Assembly (NCBI RefSeq): GCF_000354175.2 | Contig: NC_022349.1 | Span: 1,260,001 to 1,292,000 of the forward strand | DNA length: 32,000 bases | Direction: 5' to 3' | Origin: Vibrio alginolyticus NBRC 15630 = ATCC 17749 | Lineage (GTDB): Bacteria; Pseudomonadota; Gammaproteobacteria; Enterobacterales; Vibrionaceae | Shown here: positions 10,136 to 21,075 of the stretch, piece by piece | Numbering within the stretch: the stretch's first letter is position 1 | Layout of the letters: each line of letters starts with the position of its first letter | Position numbers and translations under genes: made by a program | The notes under the pieces: generated by a model | What the model saw: only the letters and a program-made list of their open reading frames with translations | What the model was told of the DNA's origin: nothing | Databases searched by the model: none

Positions 10136-10487
10136 CTTAGCTAATGAAATCTACGTCTATCGAGAATTTAACCATCATTGTTAATAAATTTTCTTGTTTG
10201 TCTAGAATGCTATAGCCATACAAAAGTGACTCTGATATAGTACTTCGCCCTAGTTGAAGAGCTACACACATTCTTCACATTATAGTTTCCACAACTTTTC
10301 CCCAAAAATTAGCTTAAAACTTTCTTATCCCCAAAAGATTGATTTTTATCCACTTTGAATACCTTTTGATTAACATCGATAAATCTTTGTTTTATTTGCT
10401 TATTTTACGCATAATTCCTACTAAAAATTCATTAAATAAAAACTTAGTTGCATATCAATTTTCTTTACCCAGATCTCATCAACATAC

Positions 10488-10510
10488 TTATCCACAAATT
10501 TAGTGGATAA
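10488..10510. promoter_or_regulatory. Head-to-head pair of DnaA boxes (candidate DARS1-like core)
   Basis: TTATCCACA (10488-10496, perfect consensus) faces AGTGGATAA (10502-10510, complement TTATCCACT). Further boxes are TTATCCACT at 10346-10354, TTATCCCCA at 10325-10333 and GTTTCCACA at 10285-10293. Confidence 0.45.
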
Positions 10511-10596
10511 CTAACCTCGAGCCTTTACTGACAAGCCATACAGAAAAGTAAAGCCCTTAACTCAATATTTTTTGCTAAAAATGTATTTTTTTACTG

Positions 10597-10625
10597 TTGA
10601 CAGTAGTTTGAGTGCTCGGTAAGAT
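10597..10625 (+). promoter_or_regulatory. Sigma-70 promoter of tRNA-Asn
   Basis: TTGACA (10597-10602), a 17-nt spacer and TAAGAT (10620-10625), followed by the GC-rich discriminator TCGTCCCGC. Confidence 0.5.
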
Positions 10626-10650
10626 TCGTCCCGCTTTCAAGCAAAGCAAT

Positions 10651-10726
10651 TCCTCCTTAGCTCAGTTGGTAGAGCGACGGACTGTTAATCCGCAGGTCGC
10701 TGGTTCGAGCCCAGCAGGAGGAGCCA
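10651..10726 (+). tRNA. tRNA-Asn (anticodon GTT)
   Basis: 76 nt that I folded by hand. The acceptor stem is TCCTCCT/AGGAGGA and the anticodon loop is CTGTTAA. The T-arm is GCTGG-TTCGAGC-CCAGC, and the 3' CCA is encoded. Confidence 0.95.
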
Positions 10727-10737
10727 GATTATAGAAA

Positions 10738-10765
10738 AGCCGTGTCGCAAGACACGGCTTTTTTT
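10738..10765 (+). terminator. Rho-independent terminator after tRNA-Asn
   Basis: AGCCGTGTC / GACACGGCT followed by T7. Confidence 0.8.
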
Positions 10766-11077
10766 GTATCTTAATCGCCATGAAATCTAAGCCAATCTAG
10801 GCGTCATAAAATCACACCGAAATAAGTTCAAATTACAGAACTCATAACATTGTCATAGATAGTGTTCTCACAGCACCACACATTTAATTCTGTCTCTTTT
10901 CTAGCAAAAAATAATCATAACCAATTGAATGTATTATTAATGCAATTTAATCATTGAAAAAATGAAAAGCATTCATTTTACTCATACCAAATAAATCCAT
11001 ACGATTAAAAGGGTTAAGAATGGTTCCGTCCTACTCGTCGCCTCCATTCTAATTATCAATAACTTAGGGATTTACTT

Positions 11078-13375
11078 ATGACTATTCCGACAACTGACAT
11101 GCTAGATGCATGGGCTGGATTTACTGCTGGTGAATGGCAAAACTCTGTCAACACTCGTGACTTCATCCAAAAAAACTATACACCCTATGAGGGAGACGAG
11201 TCTTTCTTAGCCGAGGTTAGCGAATCCACTTCAGCATTATGGAACCAAGTGCTTGAAGGCATAAAACAAGAAAGCCGCACACACGCCCCTATTGATTTTG
11301 ACACAGACTTGCCCTCAACAATCACTTCCCACGATGCAGGCTACATCAACAAAGATCTGGAAAAGATCGTTGGCTTACAAACTGATCAACCGCTAAAACG
11401 TGCAATCATCGCCAATGGCGGGATTCGCATGGTAAAAAACTCGTGCGAAGTTTATGGCCGCGAATTGGATCTAACGGTTGAAAAAATCTTCACTGAATAC
11501 CGTAAAACTCACAACAAAGCGTGTTTCGACCTTTACACCAAAGAAATTCTAGCCTGTCGTAAATCCGGCATCATCACAGGCCTTCCTGATGCCTATGGCC
11601 GTGGTCGTATCATTGGTGACTATCGCCGTCTCGCCCTTTACGGTATCGACTTCTTAAAAGCAGACAAAAAAGAGCAATACAATTCGACACAGACTTTCCT
11701 AGAGCGCGGTGGCGATCTTGAGAAAACACTTCGTCTACGTGAAGAAATTGCAGACCAAGTTCAAGCGCTTGAAGACATTCGTCAAATGGGTCTGAAATAC
11801 GGCATTGATATGTCGCTACCTGCAAAAACTGCACAAGAAGCGATCCAATTTACCTACTTTGGCTACCTAGCGGCGGTTAAATCGCAAAACGGCGCAGCAA
11901 TGTCACTGGGCCGTACTTCGACTTTCCTAGACGTCTATCTAGAACGCGATATAGCAAACGGTTTGATTGATGAATCACAAGCGCAAGAAATGATTGACCA
12001 CTTCATCATGAAGCTACGCATGGTTCGCTTCCTACGCACACCAGAATACGATTCATTGTTCTCTGGCGACCCAATCTGGGCAACCGAAGCCATGGCTGGT
12101 ATGGGCGTTGATGGCCGTACGCTAGTATCTAAAACGACATTCCGGTACTTACATACACTACATACTATGGGCCCTGCTCCTGAGCCAAACATGACGATTC
12201 TTTGGTCAGAGCAATTACCTGAAGCGTTCAAACAATATGCTGCAAAAGTGTCGATTGATACCTCTTCGGTTCAATACGAAAACGACGATCTAATGCGTCC
12301 TGATTTCGACAATGACGACTACGCGATTGCCTGTTGTGTGAGCCCGCAGGTTGTTGGTCAGCACATGCAATTCTTTGGTGCACGTGCCAACCTTGCAAAA
12401 GCACTGCTTTACACCATCAATGGTGGTATCGATGAAAAATCGAAAGCGCAAGTGGGTCCGGTAGTGGACAAAGTTCAAGATGAAATTCTCGACTTTGACG
12501 CTTTGATGCCTCGTTTCGACAATATGTTGGAGTGGCTAGCAACGCAATACGTCACAGCGTTGAACATCATCCATTACTCACATGACCGTTACAGCTACGA
12601 AGCATCACTGATGGCATTGATGGATCGCGACGTGCACCGCACCATGGCGTGTGGTATTGCAGGTCTGTCTGTTGTCGCTGACTCTTTGGCGGCAATTAAA
12701 TACGCGACCGTGAAACCTGTTCGTGATGAAGATGGCATCGCCGTTGATTTTGAAATCGAAGGTGATTATCCAAAATTTGGTAACAACGATGCCCGTGTTG
12801 ATGACATCGCTTGTGATCTAGTTGAGCGCTTCATGAAGAAAATTCAGAAGATGCACACCTACCGCGAAGCAGTGCCAACTCAATCGATTTTAACAATCAC
12901 ATCTAACGTGGTTTACGGTAAAAAAACGGGTAATACACCTGATGGCCGTCTCGCAGGTATGCCTTTTGGACCGGGTGCAAACCCAATGCACGGTCGTGAT
13001 GAAAAAGGGGCGGTTGCGTCTCTGGCATCGGTTTCTAAATTACCGTTTGCTTACGCTAAAGATGGTATTTCTTACACTTTCTCAATTGTGCCGAGCGCAT
13101 TGGGTAAAGATGACTTGAGTCAGAAGAAGAACCTAGCTGCGCTAATGGATGGTTACTTCCATCACGAAGCAAGCAACGAGGGCATTGCGATTGAAGGTGG
13201 TCAACACCTTAACGTCAACGTTCTAGACCGAGAGATGTTATTGGATGCGGTTGAACATCCAGAGAAATACCCTCAGTTGACGATTCGAGTGTCTGGTTAT
13301 GCGGTACGTTTTAACTCTCTAACGACAGAGCAACAGCAAGACGTCATCACTCGTACCTTCACGAATAAGATATAA
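11078..13375 (+). CDS. pflB: Formate C-acetyltransferase (pyruvate formate-lyase, glycyl radical enzyme)
   Basis: 765 aa, collinear with E. coli PflB. It has the active-site ACCVSP and the glycyl-radical motif RVSGYAVRF near the C-terminus. Confidence 0.95.
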   Translation: MTIPTTDMLDAWAGFTAGEWQNSVNTRDFIQKNYTPYEGDESFLAEVSESTSALWNQVLEGIKQESRTHAPIDFDTDLPSTITSHDAGYINKDLEKIVGLQTDQPLKRAIIANGGIRMVKNSCEVYGRELDLTVEKIFTEYRKTHNKACFDLYTKEILACRKSGIITGLPDAYGRGRIIGDYRRLALYGIDFLKADKKEQYNSTQTFLERGGDLEKTLRLREEIADQVQALEDIRQMGLKYGIDMSLPAKTAQEAIQFTYFGYLAAVKSQNGAAMSLGRTSTFLDVYLERDIANGLIDESQAQEMIDHFIMKLRMVRFLRTPEYDSLFSGDPIWATEAMAGMGVDGRTLVSKTTFRYLHTLHTMGPAPEPNMTILWSEQLPEAFKQYAAKVSIDTSSVQYENDDLMRPDFDNDDYAIACCVSPQVVGQHMQFFGARANLAKALLYTINGGIDEKSKAQVGPVVDKVQDEILDFDALMPRFDNMLEWLATQYVTALNIIHYSHDRYSYEASLMALMDRDVHRTMACGIAGLSVVADSLAAIKYATVKPVRDEDGIAVDFEIEGDYPKFGNNDARVDDIACDLVERFMKKIQKMHTYREAVPTQSILTITSNVVYGKKTGNTPDGRLAGMPFGPGANPMHGRDEKGAVASLASVSKLPFAYAKDGISYTFSIVPSALGKDDLSQKKNLAALMDGYFHHEASNEGIAIEGGQHLNVNVLDREMLLDAVEHPEKYPQLTIRVSGYAVRFNSLTTEQQQDVITRTFTNKI

Positions 13376-13430
13376 ACACAGTCCATCAAGCACTCAGAAA
13401 GTTTAAATAATTAGCTTGTAAATATGCATT

Positions 13431-13471
13431 GCCCGCCTCTCTTTTCTACCTGGGAGAGGCGGGCTTTTTTT
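13431..13471 (+). terminator. Rho-independent terminator after pflB
   Basis: GCCCGCCTCTC / GAGAGGCGGGC followed by T7. Confidence 0.85.
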
Positions 13472-13680
13472 AAAATCACACATTAGATGAAAATTAATAG
13501 GTAGTATCCTCTCGCTAACAATACATTCAGCAAACGATTCAATTTCTTATTGATTCATCAAAATAGATCAAATAGACGACTATTTTTCCATCGTGTATGT
13601 AAAACCACATCGTTCACTGGTTGTTATTGGTGTCACAAAACACGATAATATCAAGATCGGATTTTAAGAACGTAATAACT

Positions 13681-14259
13681 ATGACCGAATATGTTTTGTT
13701 GTTGGTCGGCACTGTGCTGGTGAACAACTTTGTACTGGTGAAGTTTTTGGGCCTATGTCCTTTCATGGGCGTGTCCAAAAAACTGGAAACAGCAATAGGT
13801 ATGGGCTTAGCGACAACTTTTGTGCTAACGCTCGCGTCAGTGTGTGCGTATTTAGTGGAAAGCTACATCCTTCGTCCACTGGGTATTGAGTACCTTCGAA
13901 CCATGAGTTTTATTTTGGTGATAGCCGTTGTGGTGCAGTTCACCGAAATGGTTGTGCACAAAACCAGCCCGACGCTTTATCGCTTGCTTGGCATTTTCTT
14001 ACCGCTGATCACAACAAACTGCGCAGTATTGGGCGTGGCACTTCTTAACATTAATGAAAACCATAACTTTATTGAATCGATCATCTACGGCTTCGGCGCC
14101 GCTGTTGGTTTCTCATTGGTGTTGATACTTTTTGCATCCATGCGAGAGCGCATAGCCGCCGCCGACGTTCCTGTGCCTTTTAAAGGTGCATCAATAGCAA
14201 TGATTACAGCAGGTTTAATGTCACTCGCCTTTATGGGCTTTACAGGTTTGGTGAAGTAA
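13681..14259 (+). CDS. rnfA: Ion-translocating oxidoreductase complex subunit RnfA
   Basis: Polytopic membrane protein. I chose the ATG at 13681 ([19 protein letters not shown]), which matches RnfA/RsxA N-termini. The track start at 13621 adds 20 non-conserved residues. Confidence 0.9.
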   Translation: MTEYVLLLVGTVLVNNFVLVKFLGLCPFMGVSKKLETAIGMGLATTFVLTLASVCAYLVESYILRPLGIEYLRTMSFILVIAVVVQFTEMVVHKTSPTLYRLLGIFLPLITTNCAVLGVALLNINENHNFIESIIYGFGAAVGFSLVLILFASMRERIAAADVPVPFKGASIAMITAGLMSLAFMGFTGLVK

Positions 14260-14262
14260 GCG

Positions 14263-14859
14263 ATGAGTACGATTTTAATTGCGATTATCGCGTTAGCGGT
14301 TCTGGCTGCGATTTTCGGCGCGATACTTGGTTTTGCTTCTATTCGCTTTAAAGTTGAAGCGGACCCTATTGTGGATCAAATCGACGCCATTTTACCGCAA
14401 ACTCAATGCGGTCAATGTGGCTACCCTGGTTGCCGCCCTTATGCTGAAGCAATTGCAAATGGCGACCACATCAACAAATGTCCCCCTGGTGGTCAGGCAA
14501 CAATCGAAAAGCTCGCCGACTTAATGGGTGTTGAGCCAGAAGAATCTGCGCACGATCTCGACAGCAAAATTCCAACCGTTGCGTTTATTCATGAAGACAT
14601 GTGTATTGGCTGCACTAAGTGTATTCAGGCGTGTCCGGTGGATGCAATTGTAGGCGGAACAAAGGCGGTCCATACCGTAATCAAAGATGAATGTACGGGC
14701 TGTGACTTGTGTGTTGCCCCATGTCCGACTGATTGTATTGAAATGATTCCTGTGGCAACGACCACAGAAAGCTGGAAGTGGCAACTTCACTCCATTCCGG
14801 TACTTAACATTACGGATGCTGCCGACAATGCAGCGAACGTGAAAGATTCAATTAAGTAA
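14263..14859 (+). CDS. rnfB: Rnf complex subunit RnfB (Fe-S)
   Basis: N-terminal TM helix, the CGQCGYPGC cluster and two 4Fe-4S ferredoxin motifs (CIGCTKC..CP, CTGCDLC..CP). Confidence 0.9.
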   Translation: MSTILIAIIALAVLAAIFGAILGFASIRFKVEADPIVDQIDAILPQTQCGQCGYPGCRPYAEAIANGDHINKCPPGGQATIEKLADLMGVEPEESAHDLDSKIPTVAFIHEDMCIGCTKCIQACPVDAIVGGTKAVHTVIKDECTGCDLCVAPCPTDCIEMIPVATTTESWKWQLHSIPVLNITDAADNAANVKDSIK

Positions 14860-14867
14860 GGTTTCAC

Positions 14868-17392
14868 ATGTTGTCTTTGATTGAACAAATTCGTACAGGC
14901 GCGCTTTGGGATTTCCCAGGTGGTGTGCATCCGGCAGAAAATAAAAAGCAGTCCAACAAAACTGAACTCGCTCATGCGGCTATCCCGTCAGAAATTGTAT
15001 TGCCGCTAAAACAGCACATTGGTAAAGCGGGTAACCTACTGGTTGCCGAAGGTGACTACTTATTAAAAGGTCAGCCATTAACGCAATCGGAGACCGGCTT
15101 TACGGTTCCAGTGCATGCTCCAACATCAGGTACGCTCACCGCGATTGAGCCACGAACTGTCGCGCACCCTTCTGGGTTAAGTGAGTTGTGCGCAGTCATC
15201 ACGCCTGATGGGAAAGATGCATGGTGTGAAAGAAACCCCGTCGCAGATTACCAACAAGAAACCCCTGACGCACTGATTGATATTATTCGTCTCGCTGGTA
15301 TTTCTGGTATGGGTGGCGCAGGCTTCCCTACTGCAAAAAAAATCCAATCAGGTTTTGCTCGTACCGAGATTCTTATCGTTAATGCAGCAGAGTGCGAGCC
15401 ATACATCACGTCTGATGACAAGCTCATGCAAGAACATGCCGAAGAGCTTATTCAAGGTATCGAAATTGTCGAACATATCCTGACACCAAAGCTCACGATT
15501 ATTGGCATTGAAGACAACAAACCAGAAGCAATCAAAGCGCTAGAAGCTGCGGCTATAAACAAAGACATCGTTATTCGCGTTATCCCAACTAAATACCCTT
15601 CTGGCGGTGAAAAACAGCTGATCAAAATTTTAACCAATAAAGAAGTGCCAAGTGGCGCGATTCCAGCAGATATTGGTATTTTGGTCCAGAATGTTGGTTC
15701 TCTTTACGCTATAAAACGCGCAGTCATCGACGGTGAGCCGATGATAAAACGCATCGTGACTCTCACTGGTAAAACCTTCAAACAACCACGCAACGTTTGG
15801 GCATTATTAGGGACACCAGTACAAGCACTGTTGGATGAGTTTGGCTATAAAGCAGATAAGAAGTTACAGCGTTTAATTATGGGTGGGCCAATGATGGGCT
15901 TTACCCTTCCTCACTCCCAAGTGCCGATTACCAAGACAGCAAACTGTATCCTTGCTCCGACTCGTCGTGAGATCTCTCCGCACCAGTATGAGATGGAATG
16001 TATTCGCTGTAGCCAATGTGCAGAAGCGTGCCCTGCTTCGCTGCTGCCTCAACAACTGCAATGGCATGCAAAAGCTGAAGAGTATGACAAACTCGAAGAA
16101 TTAAACTTAAAGGATTGTATCGAGTGCGGCGCTTGTGCGTTTGTATGTCCAAGTGAAATTCCGCTCGTACAGTACTACCGCCAAGCGAAAGCAGAAATTA
16201 GAACTAGAACACAAGAAGCGGAAGCTGCAGAGCGAGCAAAACTGCGTTTTGAAGAGAAAAAAGCGCGTATGGAACGCGAAAAAGCAGAACGTGAAAATCG
16301 CTTCAAGAAAGCTGCCGATCAGCGCCGTAAAGAGATGAAGTCTTCTGGCGGCGATGATGCGATAGCAGCAGCAATCGCACGAGTGAAAGCTCAAAAGACA
16401 GAAACCACAGAAAAAACAGAGCCAGCAGTAAAACCAGCCGTAGCGGCAGCCATTGCCAAAGCGAAGACGAAACAAGCGGCAGCAGCTAAAGCAGGCTCTA
16501 GTGAACCTGATAACTCAGAAATGGCAAAACTGCGCGAAGAGCGCAAACGTCTTGCTCGCGAACGGAAAGCGCAAAAAGAACAAGGCGAAACGCCAGACAA
16601 TAACGCTGATGATAAAAAGTCGGCAGTTGCGGCCGCCATCGCCCGAGCTAAAGCGAAAAAAGCACAACAAGAAGATTCAACTGAATCTGTAGAATCGGAA
16701 ACGTCTGCACAGCAAGACAGCGATCCGAAGAAAGCCGCGGTTGCTGCTGCCATTGCACGTGCCAAAGCACGTAAAGCGAAGCAAGCAGACTCAACTGAAG
16801 CGGAAGAAGCTGACGCACCTGCTGAGCAAACCGACGATCCGAAAAAAGCCGCAGTTGCCGCTGCAATTGCTCGAGCCAAAGCGCGCAAAGCTAAGCAAGC
16901 AGACTCAACCGAAGCGGAAGAAGCTGACGCACCTGCCGAGCAAACCGAAGACTCCGAAAAAAGCCGCCGTAGGCTGCTGCGATTGCACGTGCCAAAGCAC
17001 GTAAAGCGAAGCAAGCAGACTCAACTGAAGCGGAAGAAGCTGAAGCACCTGCTGAGCAAACCGACGATCCGAAAAAAGCCGCCGTGGCTGCTGCGATTGC
17101 ACGTGCCAAAGCGCGAAAAGCGAAGCAAGCAGACTCAACTGAAGCGGAAGAAGCTGACGCACCTGCCGAGCAAACCGACGATCCGAAAAAAGCCGCAGTT
17201 GCCGCTGCCATTGCACGTGCCAAAGCGCGCAAAGCGAAGCAAGAAACGCAAACAGAGCCTGTTGAAGAAGCAACCTCCGAAGAACCAGAAGTGGATCCGA
17301 AGAAAGCCGCGGTTGCCGCAGCAATTGCGCGCGCGAAGGCACGCAAAGCGCAACAAGAAGCTAATAAAAATAATACTGAGGAGAGCGAGTAG
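14868..17392 (+). CDS. rnfC: Rnf complex subunit RnfC, reading frame interrupted twice in the C-terminal repeat array
   Basis: The N-terminal 2/3 is collinear with E. coli RsxC (GMGGAGFPT, two CxxCxxCxxxCP motifs). The frame starting at 14868 is displaced by single extra bases at about 16953 and at 16971. The ancestral frame (track ORF 17084..17392) ends at TAG 17390-17392, overlapping the rnfD GTG by 1 nt. The uncorrected ORF instead runs to 17438. Confidence 0.8.
16608..17345 (+). repeat. Coding tandem repeat, 114-nt (38-aa) period, about 7 units ([38 protein letters not shown])
   Basis: The GATCCGAA(A/G)AAAGCC unit starts at 16722, 16836, 16950, 17066, 17180 and 17294. Spacing is 114 nt throughout except 116 nt across the indel-bearing unit. 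A degenerate unit starts near 16608. E. coli RsxC has the same kind of repeat. Confidence 0.9.
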
Positions 17393-18438
17393 TGTCGTTT
17401 TTTATTGCCAGTTCACCGCATACCCACAGTCGTCGTAATACGCCAGACTTAATGAAATGGGTGGCACTTTGCGCACTTCCAGGTTTAGTAGCTCAAACCT
17501 ACTTCTTTGGCTGGGGTACGCTGATTCAGCTGATTTTTGCCATTGCAGTCGCTGTATCCCTTGAAGCCTTAGTCATGATCTGTCGTAAACGCTCACCAAT
17601 GAGAGCGCTACGTGATAACAGTGCAATAGTTACCGCTTGGTTGTTAGCCGTTGCTATACCACCATGGTCTCCGTGGTGGATTATGGTGATCGGGCTTATT
17701 TTTGCGATAGTAATCGCTAAACACCTCTATGGCGGCCTTGGACAAAACTTATTCAACCCTGCAATGGTCGCTTATGTGGTCTTGTTGATCTCTTTCCCAG
17801 TACAAATGACGAGTTGGAGTGCACCGACATCACTCATACCTGATCATGTAAATTTTGCAGATACACTCTCTTTAATTTTTACGGGCTATGATTACGACGG
17901 CTTATCACTTCAGCAAGTTCGCTCAGGAGTTGACGGCGTGACAATGGCGACACCACTTGATGCATTTAAGACTGGCATTCTTACAGGTGCCACTCCAAGC
18001 GAAGTAATGTCGCAGCCAATATTTGATGGCTTAGGTGGTATTGGTTGGCAATGGGTAAACCTTGCTTACCTTCTTGGCGGCATAGTCATGATCAAAAAGC
18101 GTATCATCCAATGGTATATTCCAGCAGGTTTCCTTGCGAGTCTGACTCTGTTTAGCCTAGTGTTCACGTTGCTGACGCCAGGGGAAACTGCGTCGCCAGT
18201 TTTACACTTGTTATCTGGTGCAACCATGCTTGGCGCATTCTTTATTGCAACCGATCCCGTTTCGGCGTCTACCACCGTCAAAGGACGTTTAATCTTCGGT
18301 GCGCTTATTGGTGCTTTGGTCTTTATCATTCGCAGTTGGGGCGGTTTCCCAGATGGTGTTGCATTTGCAGTGTTGCTTGCAAATATGTGTGTGCCACTGA
18401 TCGATTACTACACCAAACCTAGAACTTACGGTCACTGA
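17392..18438 (+). CDS. rnfD: Rnf complex subunit RnfD
   Basis: 348 aa with a GTG start. The N-terminus [13 protein letters not shown] resembles E. coli RsxD (MVFRIASSPYTHN). Polytopic membrane protein. Confidence 0.9.
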   Translation: MSFFIASSPHTHSRRNTPDLMKWVALCALPGLVAQTYFFGWGTLIQLIFAIAVAVSLEALVMICRKRSPMRALRDNSAIVTAWLLAVAIPPWSPWWIMVIGLIFAIVIAKHLYGGLGQNLFNPAMVAYVVLLISFPVQMTSWSAPTSLIPDHVNFADTLSLIFTGYDYDGLSLQQVRSGVDGVTMATPLDAFKTGILTGATPSEVMSQPIFDGLGGIGWQWVNLAYLLGGIVMIKKRIIQWYIPAGFLASLTLFSLVFTLLTPGETASPVLHLLSGATMLGAFFIATDPVSASTTVKGRLIFGALIGALVFIIRSWGGFPDGVAFAVLLANMCVPLIDYYTKPRTYGH

Positions 18439-18445
18439 GGTAAAC

Positions 18446-19078
18446 ATGTTAACCGCTATTAGAAAAAATGGTCTGACACTCGCGATATTTGCATGTGCAA
18501 CAACCGGATTAGTCGCCCTTACTCAGTACCTAACAAAAGACCAAATCAAGGTACAAGAGCAAAAACAATTACTTTCTGTTTTGAATCAAGTCATTCCAGA
18601 AAACATGCATGACAACGCACTCACGCAAGCTTGTACAATGGTCACGTCTCCAGATCTGGGGACATTACGTGCGATGCCAGCCTACCTCGCCACGAAGAAT
18701 GGTGAACCAACAGCAATCGCAATAGAATCTATCGCGCCAGATGGCTACAATGGTGAGATAAAAGTAATTACTGGGATTGATAATCAGGGCAATATTTTGG
18801 GGACACGCGTCCTAAACCACCAAGAAACCCCTGGTCTGGGCGATAAAATCGATCTTCGTGTCACCGACTGGATCCTGAGCTTTACAGGAAAACAAGTCAC
18901 GGAAAACAATTGGAATTCGTGGAAAGTTCGTAAAGATGGCGGCGATTTCGATCAATTTACTGGTGCAACGATCACGCCAAGAGCCGTCGTAAAAGTGGTG
19001 CGAAATACCGTTAACTACGTAAACCAATCTCGTGAAGACATTCTTAGCCAGCCGTTAGGCTGTGAAGGAGAGCAGTAA
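18446..19078 (+). CDS. rnfG: Rnf complex subunit RnfG (FMN-binding)
   Basis: 210 aa with an N-terminal anchor and the FMN-attachment context [13 protein letters not shown]. Confidence 0.9.
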   Translation: MLTAIRKNGLTLAIFACATTGLVALTQYLTKDQIKVQEQKQLLSVLNQVIPENMHDNALTQACTMVTSPDLGTLRAMPAYLATKNGEPTAIAIESIAPDGYNGEIKVITGIDNQGNILGTRVLNHQETPGLGDKIDLRVTDWILSFTGKQVTENNWNSWKVRKDGGDFDQFTGATITPRAVVKVVRNTVNYVNQSREDILSQPLGCEGEQ

Positions 19079-19770
19079 TGAATGAGAATAAATTACTGAT
19101 GAAAAACGGTATGTGGAGTAATAACCCCGCTCTCGTACAACTGCTGGGCTTATGTCCACTGCTAGCGGTTTCTTCCACGATAACCAATGCATTAGGTCTT
19201 GGTATTGCAACCTTACTTGTGCTAGTTGGATCCAACGTAACAGTTTCTCTTATTCGTAACTATGTGCCAAAAGAGATCCGTATACCTGTATTCGTTATGA
19301 TCATTGCCTCACTCGTTACCTGCGTTCAGTTGTTAATGAATGCCTATGCGTACGGTTTATACCTGTCTCTAGGTATCTTTATTCCTCTGATTGTAACGAA
19401 CTGCATTATTATTGGCCGAGCAGAAGCTTACGCGTCAAAAAATGATGTTGCACCCGCTGCGCTAGATGGTTTGTGGATGGGCCTTGGTATGACGAGCGTC
19501 TTGGTTGTTTTAGGTGCCATGCGCGAATTAATTGGTAATGGCACACTATTCGACGGAGCAGACCTTCTCCTAGGAGACTGGGCTTCAGCTCTACGGATCC
19601 AAGTTTTCCAATTTGACAATAGCTTCCTGTTAGCGCTTCTCCCACCTGGTGCATTTATCGGTGTTGGGCTGTTGATAGCGCTCAAAAATGTCATAGATAA
19701 TTCAATTCAGGCACGTCAACCAAAAGAAGAAAAACCAACCATAGAACGTGCTCGCGTCACTAACGCATAA
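19078..19770 (+). CDS. rnfE: Rnf complex subunit RnfE
   Basis: 230 aa, an RnfA paralogue ([16 protein letters not shown]). Its ATG overlaps the rnfG stop. Confidence 0.9.
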   Translation: MNENKLLMKNGMWSNNPALVQLLGLCPLLAVSSTITNALGLGIATLLVLVGSNVTVSLIRNYVPKEIRIPVFVMIIASLVTCVQLLMNAYAYGLYLSLGIFIPLIVTNCIIIGRAEAYASKNDVAPAALDGLWMGLGMTSVLVVLGAMRELIGNGTLFDGADLLLGDWASALRIQVFQFDNSFLLALLPPGAFIGVGLLIALKNVIDNSIQARQPKEEKPTIERARVTNA

Positions 19771-19834
19771 CAAGATAAGGCTCTGTCATAGGAGCCTTTT
19801 TCATAAACCGCAGAGACGGTATTGGAAGTCAGCA

Positions 19835-20476
19835 ATGAACAAAATAAAAAGAATCGAAATTCTTGAGCGATTACGAGAAAACAATCCGAATCCTCAAACT
19901 GAGCTTAACTGGAGCTCCCCTTTTGAGCTGCTAATCGCTGTATTACTATCAGCTCAAGCAACCGATGTAAGCGTCAATAAAGCCACCGACAAGCTTTTCC
20001 CTGTAGCGAATACACCTCAAAGCATTCTTGATTTGGGAGTCGATGGCTTAAAAGAATACATAAAGACCATCGGTTTGTTTAACTCAAAGGCAGAAAACAC
20101 AATCAAGACTTGTAAGATCTTGTTGGAAAAACACAATGGTGAAGTTCCTGAAGATCGTGCAGCGTTAGAAGCGCTGCCAGGCGTAGGTCGCAAGACCGCA
20201 AACGTCGTGCTCAACACCGCTTTTGGTTGGCCAACTATTGCCGTCGATACGCACATTTATCGCGTGTCGAATCGCACTAAATTTGCGATGGGAAAAACGG
20301 TTGATGATGTCGAGCAGAAGCTATTAAAAGTTGTGCCAAAAGAGTTCAAACTCGATGTGCACCACTGGCTCATTCTTCATGGTCGTTATACGTGCGTAGC
20401 AAGAAAGCCTCGCTGCGGTAGCTGTATTATCGAAGATTTGTGCGAATATAAAGAGAAAGTATACCCAGATAGCTAA
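19835..20476 (+). CDS. nth: Endonuclease III
   Basis: HhH-GPD motif (LPGVGRKTANVVL) and a C-terminal 4Fe-4S Cys cluster. I chose the start at 19835 (MNKIKRIEILERL). The track's 29-aa N-terminal extension overlaps the rnfE end and a hairpin. Confidence 0.9.
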   Translation: MNKIKRIEILERLRENNPNPQTELNWSSPFELLIAVLLSAQATDVSVNKATDKLFPVANTPQSILDLGVDGLKEYIKTIGLFNSKAENTIKTCKILLEKHNGEVPEDRAALEALPGVGRKTANVVLNTAFGWPTIAVDTHIYRVSNRTKFAMGKTVDDVEQKLLKVVPKEFKLDVHHWLILHGRYTCVARKPRCGSCIIEDLCEYKEKVYPDS

Positions 20477-20508
20477 CGCTATTTGTAAATCAAAGCTAGG
20501 AGCAAAAA

Positions 20509-20925
20509 ATGTCAAACGGTCGAATTCTCCACACTATGCTTCGCGTAGGTGATCTAGACAAATCCATCAAGTTTTACACTGAAGTTATGGGCATGCAGCT
20601 GCTTCGTACTAACGAAAATAAAGAGTACGAATACACGCTAGCGTTTCTTGGTTATGGTGACGAATCCCAAGGTGCAGTGATCGAACTGACTTACAACTGG
20701 GGTAAAACTGAGTATGACTTAGGTACCGCTTTTGGTCATATCGCCATTGGTGTTGATGATATCTACACAACTTGCGACGCTATCAAAGCGGCGGGCGGTA
20801 ATGTGACGCGTGAACCAGGTCCAGTAAAAGGCGGAAGCACGCACATTGCATTCGTAAAAGACCCAGATGGTTATATGATTGAGCTTATCCAAAACAAGCA
20901 AGCTTCAGCAGGTCTTGAAGGCTAA
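20509..20925 (+). CDS. gloA: Lactoylglutathione lyase (glyoxalase I)
   Basis: 138 aa, collinear with E. coli GloA ([33 protein letters not shown]). Confidence 0.9.
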   Translation: MSNGRILHTMLRVGDLDKSIKFYTEVMGMQLLRTNENKEYEYTLAFLGYGDESQGAVIELTYNWGKTEYDLGTAFGHIAIGVDDIYTTCDAIKAAGGNVTREPGPVKGGSTHIAFVKDPDGYMIELIQNKQASAGLEG

Positions 20926-20970
20926 GCGGCACTTCTAATAATCACTTGTACTGCAAGTTGAACATCGATT

Positions 20971-21004
20971 ACAGGCAGGTCTGCGATCTGCCTGTCCTTT
21001 TATA
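20971..21004 (+). terminator. Terminator after gloA
   Basis: ACAGGCAG / CTGCCTGT followed by CCTTTTAT. Confidence 0.65.
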
Positions 21005-21075
21005 AACAAAACTCTTTACTTGATAATAGTTATCGTTTAGATTTGTCCGCAACTTCGATATGCGGGATTACGATA

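Noticed and set aside
10766-11077. I looked for FNR (TTGAT-N4-ATCAA) or CRP boxes upstream of pflB.
   Set aside because: Only weak half-site matches were present, for example TTAATgcaaTTTAA. That is not good enough to call.
16608-17345. The regular 114-nt periodicity could suggest a CRISPR array or a non-coding satellite.
   Set aside because: The units are contiguous with no unique spacers and lie in frame inside rnfC. E. coli RsxC has the same protein repeat.
16107-17356. Many long ORFs on both strands and in alternative frames across the rnfC 3' region, for example 16391..17014(-), 16891..17346(-), 16905..17342(-) and 16741..17004(+).
   Set aside because: They are by-products of a stop-codon-free, GCN/AAR-rich tandem repeat. 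Their products are low-complexity mirror images of the RnfC repeat. None has an independent SD or context.
19748-19834. N-terminal extensions offered by the ORF track for nth (19748), rnfA (13621), luxU (6397), uvrB (10103), moaA (4705) and the 21043 ORF.
   Set aside because: The extensions use non-ATG or poorly placed starts, overlap upstream genes, hairpins or SD sequences, and are not collinear with known orthologue N-termini. Internal starts with good SDs fit better.
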